Shown here: positions 19,237 through 27,779 of the stretch, one piece after another | How positions within the stretch are numbered: the stretch's first letter is position 1 | How the letters are laid out: each line of letters opens with the position of its first letter | Origin: Oligoflexales bacterium | Lineage (GTDB): Bacteria > Bdellovibrionota_B > Oligoflexia > Oligoflexales > CAIYRB01 | Direction: 5' to 3' | Length of the DNA: 64,000 nt | Assembly (NCBI GenBank): GCA_041736175.1 | Contig: JBGSUI010000191.1 | Coordinates: 32,001 to 96,000, forward strand | Notes under the pieces: model-generated | Database searches by the model: none | What the model saw: the letters and a program-made list of their open reading frames with translations, nothing else | What the model was told of the DNA's origin: nothing | Made by a program: the position numbers and the translations under genes

Positions 19237-20757
19237 GTGGCAACCGTGGCGAGAAATCGAAAAGGGCAGTGGTGGAGAATGAGCCTGGCCCTTCTCTTAT
19301 TGTCGATGATTCTTATGCGGCTGGTATGGATGCAGCTACGGGTTTACCGAGCCCATGTGGACCCCAAGGCCTACCTGTCGTTGATGTTCTACGAAGATCT
19401 CGCTCCAACGGGCAGTGTTAATTTTGGTCAGATCCCCCTGGGCATTAAACTAGAAAAGGCTGCCAATCCTGCGCCTTTGGGTTGGTATGGCTCCCCTGTG
19501 TTTCGAGTCTTTCATACGATGATCGGGAGCAGTGACAATCTCAACGAAAGGTTTTTTATTCGTAATAACCAATCGTTGCTTATGTTTCTGGTCTTCTTTT
19601 TGGTGATCATGGTGCGATTTATCACCAGTTCGTGGACCTGTGCCCTGATTGTGGGAGCCGTTGTGATGAGTCGCGGCAAACTCCTGTCCGCAGTCGGGGA
19701 GATATCCCAGGATATTCCTCTGATGACTTTGATCGCCGGATTTTATGCATCCCTTGCCCATTGCGTGCGGACGGCCTCCCCGATCAGCCTGGGGTGTGCG
19801 ATCTTGATGTTTGGGACGGGAGTTTTTCTGGACGGTTCCTTTGTTGGCCTGGCGGGGAGCATGCCCCTGATGCTGGGAGGCGGGTATCTGGTGCATCTCT
19901 CAAAGGTGAGGAAAGGGTGGCGCCGGCTCAAAAGACTTCTGATTCCGGTGGTGCTTGTCAAAAAGCTGCGACGGATTGACGGAGGTTCCCTCCCCTTTTT
20001 GAGATGGAGCCTGGAAGTCCGGAGTCTGATCGGGGTGGTTCCAGCGCCAAAGAGCGTCCACCGAGACCGAAGGGTCAACCTCGAGGGAGGTGGCTTGCTC
20101 CAGACCTTAAGGGTGCCGTTTCTCCTGTGGTGTTTCGCCCAAAAACGATGGCTTAAGGTCAGCGTGCTATGGTTTCTTGCAGCCTTGTTTGGTGCGCTTC
20201 TCCTTGTGGGGATGAAGACCTCTTTTGTAAACTCAGAGCCGCTCCATGGATTGACCCAAGGCTGGCTGTTTCAAAATCCCTTGCAGACCCCTTGGATCAT
20301 AAAAGGTGCGAGTTATGAACTGGCCCCCTTTGTCCAACACCAAGCTATGGGCCAGGGGTTTTGGCTTTGGGCCTACTACTGGATCCAGATTCAGTTTGAA
20401 TCGATTGATATCCACCTTATCGCCAGTTTGTTGATCCTGGTGCTATGTCTGTTTCAGCCACCCTCGGCGGGGTTTCCAGGTTTTTCAGAGCTTTGTTGGA
20501 TGGTGGTTTTTGGAGCTTTAGGTCTCTATATCTTTGCCTTTTTGGGCGATCTTTTTGATGAAGCGAGCCTGCAGTGGATGCGCCTTTATTGGCCTGAGAT
20601 GGCCGATCTTACCTGGAAAGCACGGGTGCCCCTGGATTGGCTCGAACCGGTGATTTTAAGCCTTGCCATAGCCGGTATCTACAATCTCCTCGCAGCGATC
20701 GACCAGCCCAAGCCTCGGCGTCCTACCTCGGCGGCGAGAATCAAACCACAATCGTAG
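19237..20757 (+). CDS. polytopic membrane protein (possibly GT-C-like)
   Basis: 506 aa, many hydrophobic segments; no confident motif. Confidence 0.6.
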   Translation: MATVARNRKGQWWRMSLALLLLSMILMRLVWMQLRVYRAHVDPKAYLSLMFYEDLAPTGSVNFGQIPLGIKLEKAANPAPLGWYGSPVFRVFHTMIGSSDNLNERFFIRNNQSLLMFLVFFLVIMVRFITSSWTCALIVGAVVMSRGKLLSAVGEISQDIPLMTLIAGFYASLAHCVRTASPISLGCAILMFGTGVFLDGSFVGLAGSMPLMLGGGYLVHLSKVRKGWRRLKRLLIPVVLVKKLRRIDGGSLPFLRWSLEVRSLIGVVPAPKSVHRDRRVNLEGGGLLQTLRVPFLLWCFAQKRWLKVSVLWFLAALFGALLLVGMKTSFVNSEPLHGLTQGWLFQNPLQTPWIIKGASYELAPFVQHQAMGQGFWLWAYYWIQIQFESIDIHLIASLLILVLCLFQPPSAGFPGFSELCWMVVFGALGLYIFAFLGDLFDEASLQWMRLYWPEMADLTWKARVPLDWLEPVILSLAIAGIYNLLAAIDQPKPRRPTSAARIKPQS

Positions 20758-20825
20758 AGTAAAACTAAGGGACTTAACGACCTTTCAAACTTTTCCAAAC
20801 CTTGTCATTTAAAAAAGGAGTATTT

Positions 20826-21740
20826 ATGGAATCGATCGCACAAAAAAAACCAAAGTGTGGGGCCTTGATCCCTCGGCGACACACCTTAGTCAAGTCCTGG
20901 ATCTCGGTGACTTGGATCTCTGTGTCTTGGATTTCTGTGTCTTGCACCCAAGGTGGGCCCCAAGAGGTGAGCGAACCACAGACATCGTCCCCCCAAAGCG
21001 GGAACCAAGATTCCCAGGCTCAAGAGAGCTCAGGGGGGGAGGCTAATCATCTTAAAAACCCCACAGTCCCCCAGGGGGATGCCGATTGTGTGGGAGTGGC
21101 TTCTATTAAACAGGAACTACCTTACTATGTGGCCTCTAAAAATTTGGTGATCAGCCGTTTTGTCACTCCCTGCACCCCTGTCCACGGTGGCGTGGGGCTT
21201 AAACCAAAAAGCTCGTGGATGGCGATGGGCTTTCCTTGCACCGGTGGTGGAGGAAGGGTCGATGTACGAGGGAAATATCAAAATCCAAATTTAGTTTCTT
21301 TTGTGATTGGGACCGAATGTGCAATGGTCCCTGCTGCAAAAGACCAGGTCCAAGCACAGCTCGCCGAAGTGGTTGGTCTCCCCAAAGATGCTCCTTTGAT
21401 GGCCTACCTGCCCTTTGTGGTGCAGTTTTGGGAAGTCCTAGGTCAGCGGGATGCGGATACTGGTTTTGCCATAGAGCTGCGCACTCCGCCCGCGATCGAA
21501 TCGATCTGGAAAGACTTTCGCGAGAGCCGCAACTTTAATGTCAGGCTTTATGGGCGCGAAAACTCTTGGGTTCCAGGAGGGCATTTTTATCAGGTGGATG
21601 CGACGGTGATCCCCGAGGGGCGCAACGTCTTTCGGCTACAAATTATTGCGGTCAAAAAACTCAGTCCCGAAGAAATAAACGTGGTCAAAGCACGCTGCGA
21701 AGGTCTTAGGCCGACCCGTAACTGTGCCGCGGTGTTTTAA
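20826..21740 (+). CDS. Cys-containing lipoprotein of unknown function
   Basis: AAGGAG RBS before ATG 20826; lipobox SVSC; Ser/Gln linker followed by a globular domain. Confidence 0.72.
   Translation: MESIAQKKPKCGALIPRRHTLVKSWISVTWISVSWISVSCTQGGPQEVSEPQTSSPQSGNQDSQAQESSGGEANHLKNPTVPQGDADCVGVASIKQELPYYVASKNLVISRFVTPCTPVHGGVGLKPKSSWMAMGFPCTGGGGRVDVRGKYQNPNLVSFVIGTECAMVPAAKDQVQAQLAEVVGLPKDAPLMAYLPFVVQFWEVLGQRDADTGFAIELRTPPAIESIWKDFRESRNFNVRLYGRENSWVPGGHFYQVDATVIPEGRNVFRLQIIAVKKLSPEEINVVKARCEGLRPTRNCAAVF
20898..20942 (+). repeat. 3 x 15-bp tandem repeat encoding WISV(T/S) in a signal peptide
   Basis: tggatctcggtgact tggatctctgtgtct tggatttctgtgtct, immediately followed by the Cys codon. Confidence 0.9.
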
Positions 21741-22570
21741 GGGAGTAGCAGCGATGGATCTTTAGGCGGTGGGGGTGATCCTACCGGCTTGGGGATCGCA
21801 AGGGTTTCTCCCGGGAGGAGTTCGGGTTTTTGACCAAGGGCGATGATGCGGCTTTGAAGCCTTTCCAGTGCCCGTCGCACCGCCTTGTCGGTGGGGTCTA
21901 GTTCCAGGGTGCGGATCCAGGCTAACTCGGCCAGTTTGAGTTGGCGCATCTTATGGAGGATGGTTCCCTTCATCTTATGGAGCTGGGGGGCGTTGGGGAA
22001 AAAGGCGATCATGTTGTTGATCTCGACGAGGCAAAACTCGAAGTTTTTTTTGCGGTAGAGGTCGTTGATCTTGGCAAGCCCCCTGGTGAAACTTGGGTTT
22101 TGCCGTGGGCCCTCTTTATCGGCGACACCAAAGGCGGCGTCGAGGACGTTGGTGTCGGTGCTTTTAGATTTGGCCAGTTGGGGATGCTGGGAAGTGAGTT
22201 CGAAGTCCGTAGCCCCCGTTGGGGTGTTCGAGGTGGCGGTGCTATCTACTTCAGGGCCGATCTCGGCAATGGGGATCTGGACATCATAGTCACGGGCAGC
22301 CCCTGGGATTTCGATTTGGTACTCCCGGCCACCGGCTGCGGATTTGATCACAAATTTTTCTTGAGGTCCGTTGCGACCGAGGCTTTGTGTTTCGTTGACA
22401 AAAGGATAGGCGATCGTCCCTTGGATGATATCCTCTTGCATCACGTCACGGGAGCGTTCGCAGGCCATAAACTCTAGTGGGAGGACTAGGGCCAGAATAA
22501 GACGCCCCCAATGGATAGGGATCCAAGGGGTTTTAGTAGGTAAGGGAAAGGATGATATGGCCACCGGCAC
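21737..22570 (-). CDS. TPR-containing lipoprotein
   Basis: Lipobox FMAC; TPR-like LHKMKGTILHKM...AELAWIRTLELDP; Pro-rich tail; exact start uncertain. Confidence 0.75.
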   Translation of the reverse strand: MPVAISSFPLPTKTPWIPIHWGRLILALVLPLEFMACERSRDVMQEDIIQGTIAYPFVNETQSLGRNGPQEKFVIKSAAGGREYQIEIPGAARDYDVQIPIAEIGPEVDSTATSNTPTGATDFELTSQHPQLAKSKSTDTNVLDAAFGVADKEGPRQNPSFTRGLAKINDLYRKKNFEFCLVEINNMIAFFPNAPQLHKMKGTILHKMRQLKLAELAWIRTLELDPTDKAVRRALERLQSRIIALGQKPELLPGETLAIPKPVGSPPPPKDPSLLLP

Positions 22571-23843
22571 CTCCAGGGGTCGAAACGGTTTTGTTGTTGA
22601 TCAAGACCGATGAAGAACCTACAAAATCCAGTCCAAAACTACTGACAAAGCGGCGACCCAGGTAGATATCCCAGCCCGCCTTAAAGACTGGAGCAAGGTA
22701 TCCGGTGGCAAACAGCCCCCCGAGACCGCCGTTAAACCCGTGGCGGATTTCGTTGTAGGATTCCACCGAGCCTATAAGGAGTTGCGAATAGAGGCCGTAG
22801 ATTCCAAAGGCCTGCTCAAAAGGTTTGGGGCGCTGGGACGTGTTGGTTTCTTCAGTGGACGCTGCATCTGTTGTCCCTTCGACCGGATAGGCCGAACGGC
22901 TCGACTGGGCGGTTTTGTAGATGGATAACATCATCCCAAATTCGTTGTGTCGATTGTTGAATTTTTCAGTCCCACGGATCTGCGCGTTAAGCATCGTGTT
23001 GTCTTCGCTCTTGCCGCTTACGTTAGGGAGGATGGCTCCACCTAGGCCAAACATAGAGCGGTATTCGGGGACGTAGTCTTCTCCCGGTCGGGATTTGGCG
23101 ACCTGGGAGTAATCAATAGCTAGTTTTTGGTAGCGGCTTTTGATGGTTTCGCTGTTATAGGTTCGCGCCCAGACCAGCTCTTTGGTTTGAGCTTGGAAGA
23201 CATCGATCGCCAGCACCATATGGGAGGTATGGTAGACCAGGACAGCGTCCATAAAGTAATTGATCCCCAGGAGTGTGGCTGCTGATTCTAGTTTAGCGAG
23301 GTTGGTCGCCGGAGAGGTGATCATCAGCTTGCCTTCCACCAGGGAAGAGGTCCGGGTCTTACAGGGGACACAGGAGATCAACTTGACTTGGCTGTTTTCG
23401 CGGATCCTCTCGGCGAGGAGGGTTTCCATATAGTCTTCGTAGGTGCGGGGGATGGCTTGGGAGACCCGGACTTTGCGGATCGCCACATTGCTGAGACCTT
23501 TGATCTGGCCGATCTTGATGTCATAGCCAAACTCCGCAAGGATTTCATCTAAGACTTCATGGAAGCGGCGAACATGGGAGGATGAGGCAATGCGCATCTC
23601 TTCCCCTTCCTCGGCTTGTTCCTGGCTGAGATCGGAGCTGTTGTTGGTTGCCTTGGCTATTTTGACTTTTCCGACAGAACCACCGGGCGCAACTCCATCG
23701 TCATCAAAATTTTCATTTTGGCTGAGGGCATCGTCCGACAGATCGTCGGCACTCGACTGTCCCCAAGCCTCGTGGGTAGGGAGTGAAGCCGCAAGCCACA
23801 AGAGCAGCAAGAGACGGCGACTCTTTAAGGTCATAGGGAACAC
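22533..23843 (-). CDS. Exported protein: CsgG/FlgO-like periplasmic domain plus C-terminal beta-barrel-like region
   Basis: Signal peptide; CVPC; VLAIDVF...ELVWARTY; amphipathic strands ending ILSLTY. Confidence 0.55.
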   Translation of the reverse strand: MFPMTLKSRRLLLLLWLAASLPTHEAWGQSSADDLSDDALSQNENFDDDGVAPGGSVGKVKIAKATNNSSDLSQEQAEEGEEMRIASSSHVRRFHEVLDEILAEFGYDIKIGQIKGLSNVAIRKVRVSQAIPRTYEDYMETLLAERIRENSQVKLISCVPCKTRTSSLVEGKLMITSPATNLAKLESAATLLGINYFMDAVLVYHTSHMVLAIDVFQAQTKELVWARTYNSETIKSRYQKLAIDYSQVAKSRPGEDYVPEYRSMFGLGGAILPNVSGKSEDNTMLNAQIRGTEKFNNRHNEFGMMLSIYKTAQSSRSAYPVEGTTDAASTEETNTSQRPKPFEQAFGIYGLYSQLLIGSVESYNEIRHGFNGGLGGLFATGYLAPVFKAGWDIYLGRRFVSSFGLDFVGSSSVLINNKTVSTPGGAGGHIILSLTY

Positions 23844-23888
23844 CTAAATTAAGTTGGGTTAGTTTAATGATGGGGATAAGCACCTCTT

Positions 23889-23915
23889 TTATCGGCTCAT
23901 CAAGACTTTGCTTGA
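23889..23915 (-). promoter_or_regulatory. sigma28-type promoter
   Basis: TCAA-N15-GCCGATAA (perfect -10 element). Confidence 0.72.
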
Positions 23916-23932
23916 GCTAAGGGGGTGGGGGT

Positions 23933-24697
23933 CTATTTTTTAGGTTTTTTGGAATTTTTCGGTTTACCTGATTTCTTTGCCACCTTTTTGGCTGGAGCGG
24001 GAGGTGATTTTGCCGTGGGCTGTGCCTGGGCTACGGGTTTAGGAGGTTCTATCGGTGGGGGAGCTGCTCTATCGGGGTCAAACCTTAGATTGCCCATGGG
24101 GGGGCCGATGGTTTCCATGGACCGACCAAAGGTGTCTTGAGAAATCTGGACATAGCGGCTTTTTAAATATCGAAAGTAGCGGTCTTTTCCTTCTGGTGCA
24201 TCCAGACCCAAACCTAAAATCCAGAGACCCCGCATGGTTTCCAAAAAAAGGGGGGCTAGAGTCTCCATGACCGGACCACCTTCGTCGAGCCTTTGGTCGA
24301 GCCGGGCCACCATATGGAAAAAACAATAATGGTAAACCGGTCGATCATGGTCGATCAGGTCAGCTAACTGGTTTTTAGCCAGGATCATATCCTCTTGGCT
24401 GCCCGCTCGCGCGGCCATGGTGTTGATCTGCTCCATACAAGCATTGATTTTGGTGAGCCCAGGCTGGGGATAGGCCAGGAGCAGGAGTTTGGTGTAGTGA
24501 CGCGTCGGCTTTTTTGGAAAAGGTAGGCCCGAAGTGGAGTCCTCATCGTCAGAGGATTCATTGGGGGATGATGGTTTTGAGTTTTGGGTAGAGGAGGCCT
24601 CTGTGGCCTCTTGGCTGTCGCTGGTGGACAGACAGCCCACCAGTAGTGCCTCACAGACGACAAACCAGCTATAGAGTGTAAATTTCTTAGTTGCCAA
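23933..24697 (-). CDS. Lipoprotein with Pro/Lys-rich basic tail
   Basis: Probable TTG start at 24697 behind GGAGG; lipobox LVGC; tail AKKVAKKSGKPKNSKKPKK. Confidence 0.65.
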   Translation of the reverse strand: MATKKFTLYSWFVVCEALLVGCLSTSDSQEATEASSTQNSKPSSPNESSDDEDSTSGLPFPKKPTRHYTKLLLLAYPQPGLTKINACMEQINTMAARAGSQEDMILAKNQLADLIDHDRPVYHYCFFHMVARLDQRLDEGGPVMETLAPLFLETMRGLWILGLGLDAPEGKDRYFRYLKSRYVQISQDTFGRSMETIGPPMGNLRFDPDRAAPPPIEPPKPVAQAQPTAKSPPAPAKKVAKKSGKPKNSKKPKK

Positions 24698-24921
24698 GGG
24701 GCCGTGCCTCCAAAGGTCCATCGGCAAAATATGCCCGATACATAAAGATTGGGGTGCTGATGGGTGATTACAAAAGACAAACAATAATGAGTTTTTATTG
24801 TGAATTTGCTGGGATTGACTTCTTGGCTTCGACCAAGGGTTCGGCCGACCAATCAAGTTTTGGTCAGGAATGTTTCTATAGTTGACTCTGTTGGCGCTTT
24901 GTTATTCACAACATTAGATTT

Positions 24922-24948
24922 TTGATTCCTCCGCTATCTAGCCGATCT
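24922..24948 (+). promoter_or_regulatory. sigma28-type promoter upstream of the protease
   Basis: TTGA-N15-GCCGATCT. Confidence 0.4.
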
Positions 24949-24999
24949 TTTAGGAGTTTTTTCTGAACAAAAGGATAATGAGTATCACACCCAGGATTT

Positions 25000-25015
25000 T
25001 GGAATACTTATTGCA
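25000..25015 (+). promoter_or_regulatory. sigma54 -24/-12 promoter
   Basis: TGGAATACTTATTGCA (GG-N10-GC), 40 nt before ATG 25056. Confidence 0.6.
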
Positions 25016-25055
25016 TTAGGAAAATTGCTATTTTTTATAAAAGAAAGGATACGAT

Positions 25056-25907
25056 ATGTTTATTAATCGAGCTATTCAGGTCTTAGGGATTTTAGCGCTT
25101 ATTTTGCACGGCGCTTCCTGTACCAATGTTCCTAAAGGTTCTCAATCAGGTGTAAATGTTACAGGCGGAAAAGAAAACTATGATGCTTATCGTGAGGCAG
25201 TTGGACTGAGAATATCTGATGATCTTAGAATAGATGCTAGATGCACAGGCGCCATAGTACGGCACGATCTAATCCTGACTGCAGCACATTGTGTTCCTAC
25301 GCCCAGTAGCACCAGGGTTGAAGTATTTGATCGTATTAACAGCGCTTTTACGGCAAAAAAGATTACTTCAACTGCTATTCTGGTTCTTCCCACCTACAAT
25401 CATAACCATTCCGATTTTGAAAGAGTTAAAAATGACGTTGCCTTTGTCGTTTTTCCGTCCGGATCTTTCAGTGACCGAGTCATAGGTAAAATTGCAAAAA
25501 AGATGCCCAAGAAAGGTGATGAAGTAAACTTTGTTGGCTACGGTAATTCGCGATGCTCTTCTAGGTTCACTCGCGATGTTGGCTGGGACCGCATCGAGGA
25601 CTTCGATGTTAATAATGAAATCGTACTTGCAAAACATCCTGACGATGGTTGTTCTTACATTGATGCTGGCGATTCTGGGGCACCAGTGTTCAACAGATCT
25701 GGTGAAATCATTGGGGTCGTTAGCGGTGGAGGAAAAGATGGTATCTGGCAGGTCTCTCGGTCAACCAATGTTAATGAACCTAGGATAGCCGATTTCATCA
25801 ACATCGTTCTTAGTTTAAAAAATCCAGCAGCCTGCTTCGTGCCTTGGTATCTAGGGTTTATGGAGTCACATAAAGGTGGCAAAGTAACCACGATCCGTAA
25901 AAACTAA
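25056..25907 (+). CDS. S1 (trypsin-fold) serine protease lipoprotein
   Basis: Lipobox GASC; catalytic triad LTAAHC, NDVA, GDSGAP. Confidence 0.93.
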   Translation: MFINRAIQVLGILALILHGASCTNVPKGSQSGVNVTGGKENYDAYREAVGLRISDDLRIDARCTGAIVRHDLILTAAHCVPTPSSTRVEVFDRINSAFTAKKITSTAILVLPTYNHNHSDFERVKNDVAFVVFPSGSFSDRVIGKIAKKMPKKGDEVNFVGYGNSRCSSRFTRDVGWDRIEDFDVNNEIVLAKHPDDGCSYIDAGDSGAPVFNRSGEIIGVVSGGGKDGIWQVSRSTNVNEPRIADFINIVLSLKNPAACFVPWYLGFMESHKGGKVTTIRKN

Positions 25908-25960
25908 TCAGCAGACAAAGTGGATCGGGAAGAAGAATCATAAGGTCATAAGATTTTATT
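25907..25960 (+). repeat. 54-bp imperfect direct repeat, left copy
   Basis: atcagcagacaaagtggatcgggaagaagaatcataaggtcataagattttatt; 46/54 ungapped identity to 26688-26741. Confidence 0.9.
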
Positions 25961-26083
25961 TTGGGCTTATCGGGTTGGCTGCGGATTTGCTTGACCGGTA
26001 AAAAACTCGACCGGTTACAGGCTGAAATCAAGCCAGTAAGTGAGTACATCAAGATCTTGGCTAGTGGCAAATATTTATGGTAA

Positions 26084-26122
26084 CCTAAATATACGACTAC
26101 TCGATATACTCGTATATTTAGG
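26084..26122. promoter_or_regulatory. Perfect 13-bp inverted repeat (operator or RBS-occluding hairpin)
   Basis: CCTAAATATACGA-N13-TCGTATATTTAGG, ending 6 nt before ATG 26129. Confidence 0.7.
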
Positions 26123-26128
26123 CATCCT

Positions 26129-26354
26129 ATGAATATCATTAAGAATCTAATCACACTGGGGGACCTACTGAGGGGGGAAAAGATTGATTTTGCGCTTATC
26201 GGTGGTCTTGCGCTGGGATTTTATGGAGTCCAAAGATTTACCAATGACATAGACTTACTCATCGACGGAAAAGCGGGCATTGATTCGCACCTATGCCGAT
26301 CTTTTTGCGGAGTGGTCGCCGATTGAGGAGCTGAAAAAAATCCATGCTAAATAA
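26129..26354 (+). pseudogene. Nucleotidyltransferase (AbiEii/DUF6036-like) with an internal deletion and frame change
   Basis: N-terminal FALIGGLAL...RFTNDIDLLI for about 50 aa; in another frame (26274-26354) RALIRTYADLFAEWSPIEELKKIHAK*, overlapping the next ATG. Confidence 0.7.
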
Positions 26355-26724
26355 GATGTCTTTTGTAGACTACCTATCTTGGCTCGATCAAAATAGAGAG
26401 CTTTTTCCGACACCACGCAGAGAGAGAAAGCCTCCTAAACATCCCGGCAAAGTCCTTCGCGAAGAGTTCCTCGATAAGCTGGGAATAACCCAGTCTGAAC
26501 TCGCTCAAAAGCTCAACTGCCGCTTTGCAAAGCTCAATGAAATTATCAATGAGAAGCGTTCAATAACGCCACGTTTCGCCATCCAATTAGAAGCCATTCT
26601 AGGTATCCCAGCAGAAGCCTGGATCTCAATGCAAGGCGAGTTTGATCTTTGGAAAGCTCGGTCAAAAGATAGCTGCCCAAGTGGAACATCAGAAGACAAA
26701 GTGGATCACCAAGGAGGATCGTAA
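26344..26724 (+). CDS. higA: HigA-family antitoxin with an N-terminal extension
   Basis: HPGKVLREEFL...ITQSELA...LNEIINEKRSITP...AEAWISMQ...DLW; about 30 extra N-terminal residues. Confidence 0.88.
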   Translation: MLNKMSFVDYLSWLDQNRELFPTPRRERKPPKHPGKVLREEFLDKLGITQSELAQKLNCRFAKLNEIINEKRSITPRFAIQLEAILGIPAEAWISMQGEFDLWKARSKDSCPSGTSEDKVDHQGGS

Positions 26725-26741
26725 GGTCATAAGTTTTTATT
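26688..26741 (+). repeat. 54-bp imperfect direct repeat, right copy
   Basis: atcagaagacaaagtggatcaccaaggaggatcgtaaggtcataagtttttatt. Confidence 0.9.
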
Positions 26742-27684
26742 GTGGATGCAACGGGTTGGCTGTAGATCTGACCTTTAGACCTGGTTTGAATTTGCTGGGA
26801 GTGACCTCTTCATTCCACCTGTAGGTGTCAAAGTTTTTAAGATCGAATTCGTAGGTGTCAGGTGCGGCATAGATCTGCGCATAAAACTGATAACCGCCTT
26901 CATTGGCCATAAGGTCACCATAGGAACAGACTCCGGTGGAAGTCATCCCATAATACCCAAACCCACCAAACATCACGCAAGTCTTACAATATTTACCGTA
27001 GATATTGCGATATTTTTCATGGAGACTGGTGTCTAGGTCAGGGTCACCCTCGGTAAATTGACCGAATTGCCACCGCTCCTGGGGAGTGCTGATGAGACCC
27101 TCTTTTTCTGCTAGGAAATACCAAAGACCTTGCTCAGCAAAATGACCCATTTTATCGACGCCGATAAGATTGGAGTTGACCCGAATCACCGGCGAAATAC
27201 TATGATCGGCAGTCTTTGTGGTGACATGACTCATAAATTTAGCTTTGATTATTCCTGTGGGATTGTCGCCAAACCGAGAATCGATAAATTTAGTAAACTG
27301 AATTTCATGATGATCTTGTGAGAGCCCGTTTATGATCATATGCTCGATTTTAGTCAGTGTGGAAATCTCTAAGTTGAGCCCTTTCCAATGGATTCCCAGT
27401 CCTGACCCCGGATGGGCTATAGCGAGTTTTTGGCTAAGACTATTCACAAGTTTGAGTTTGAGATCGTGATTCCAAGGTTCGTCCCCTGGGTTGACCTCTA
27501 GGCGGCTGTCTCGAATGATTTCGTTGACCCAAGAATTCACACGGTCGGTCACGTCGATCAGCTTGAGGTTTTCTGGCGTGGGACGGTCATCGGTTTCTTG
27601 TTTGACCTCTGAAGGATCGCTTTTGCTGCAAGCTAGGGCACCAAGAAAGGGCAGAATCAAAACCCATAGACCCCTGATCATCAT
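26737..27684 (-). CDS. Lipoprotein with DKxGHF...E...SYGDLxANxxG motifs (putative metal-dependent enzyme)
   Basis: ATG 27684 behind GGAG; lipobox ALAC; GVDKMGHFAEQG and TGVCSYGDLMANEGG. Confidence 0.72.
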   Translation of the reverse strand: MMIRGLWVLILPFLGALACSKSDPSEVKQETDDRPTPENLKLIDVTDRVNSWVNEIIRDSRLEVNPGDEPWNHDLKLKLVNSLSQKLAIAHPGSGLGIHWKGLNLEISTLTKIEHMIINGLSQDHHEIQFTKFIDSRFGDNPTGIIKAKFMSHVTTKTADHSISPVIRVNSNLIGVDKMGHFAEQGLWYFLAEKEGLISTPQERWQFGQFTEGDPDLDTSLHEKYRNIYGKYCKTCVMFGGFGYYGMTSTGVCSYGDLMANEGGYQFYAQIYAAPDTYEFDLKNFDTYRWNEEVTPSKFKPGLKVRSTANPLHPQ

Positions 27685-27750
27685 GTGTACAGCTCCGGTA
27701 AGGTGATTGGCAGTCGTCCCCGGCTTAAGCGGGAAATCTGTAAAAATCAC

Positions 27751-27766
27751 AGCAAGATTTGTACCA
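27751..27766 (-). promoter_or_regulatory. sigma54 -24/-12 promoter
   Basis: TGGTACAAATCTTGCT, about 67 nt before ATG 27684. Confidence 0.7.
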
Positions 27767-27779
27767 GATATCCCGGAGT

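Noticed and set aside
25907..26741. Direct repeats as integron attC, Xer/dif or CRISPR repeats
   Set aside because: No RYYYAAC/GTTRRRY ends, no TTATGTTAAA XerD arm, only two copies 781 bp apart, and no cas or integrase gene
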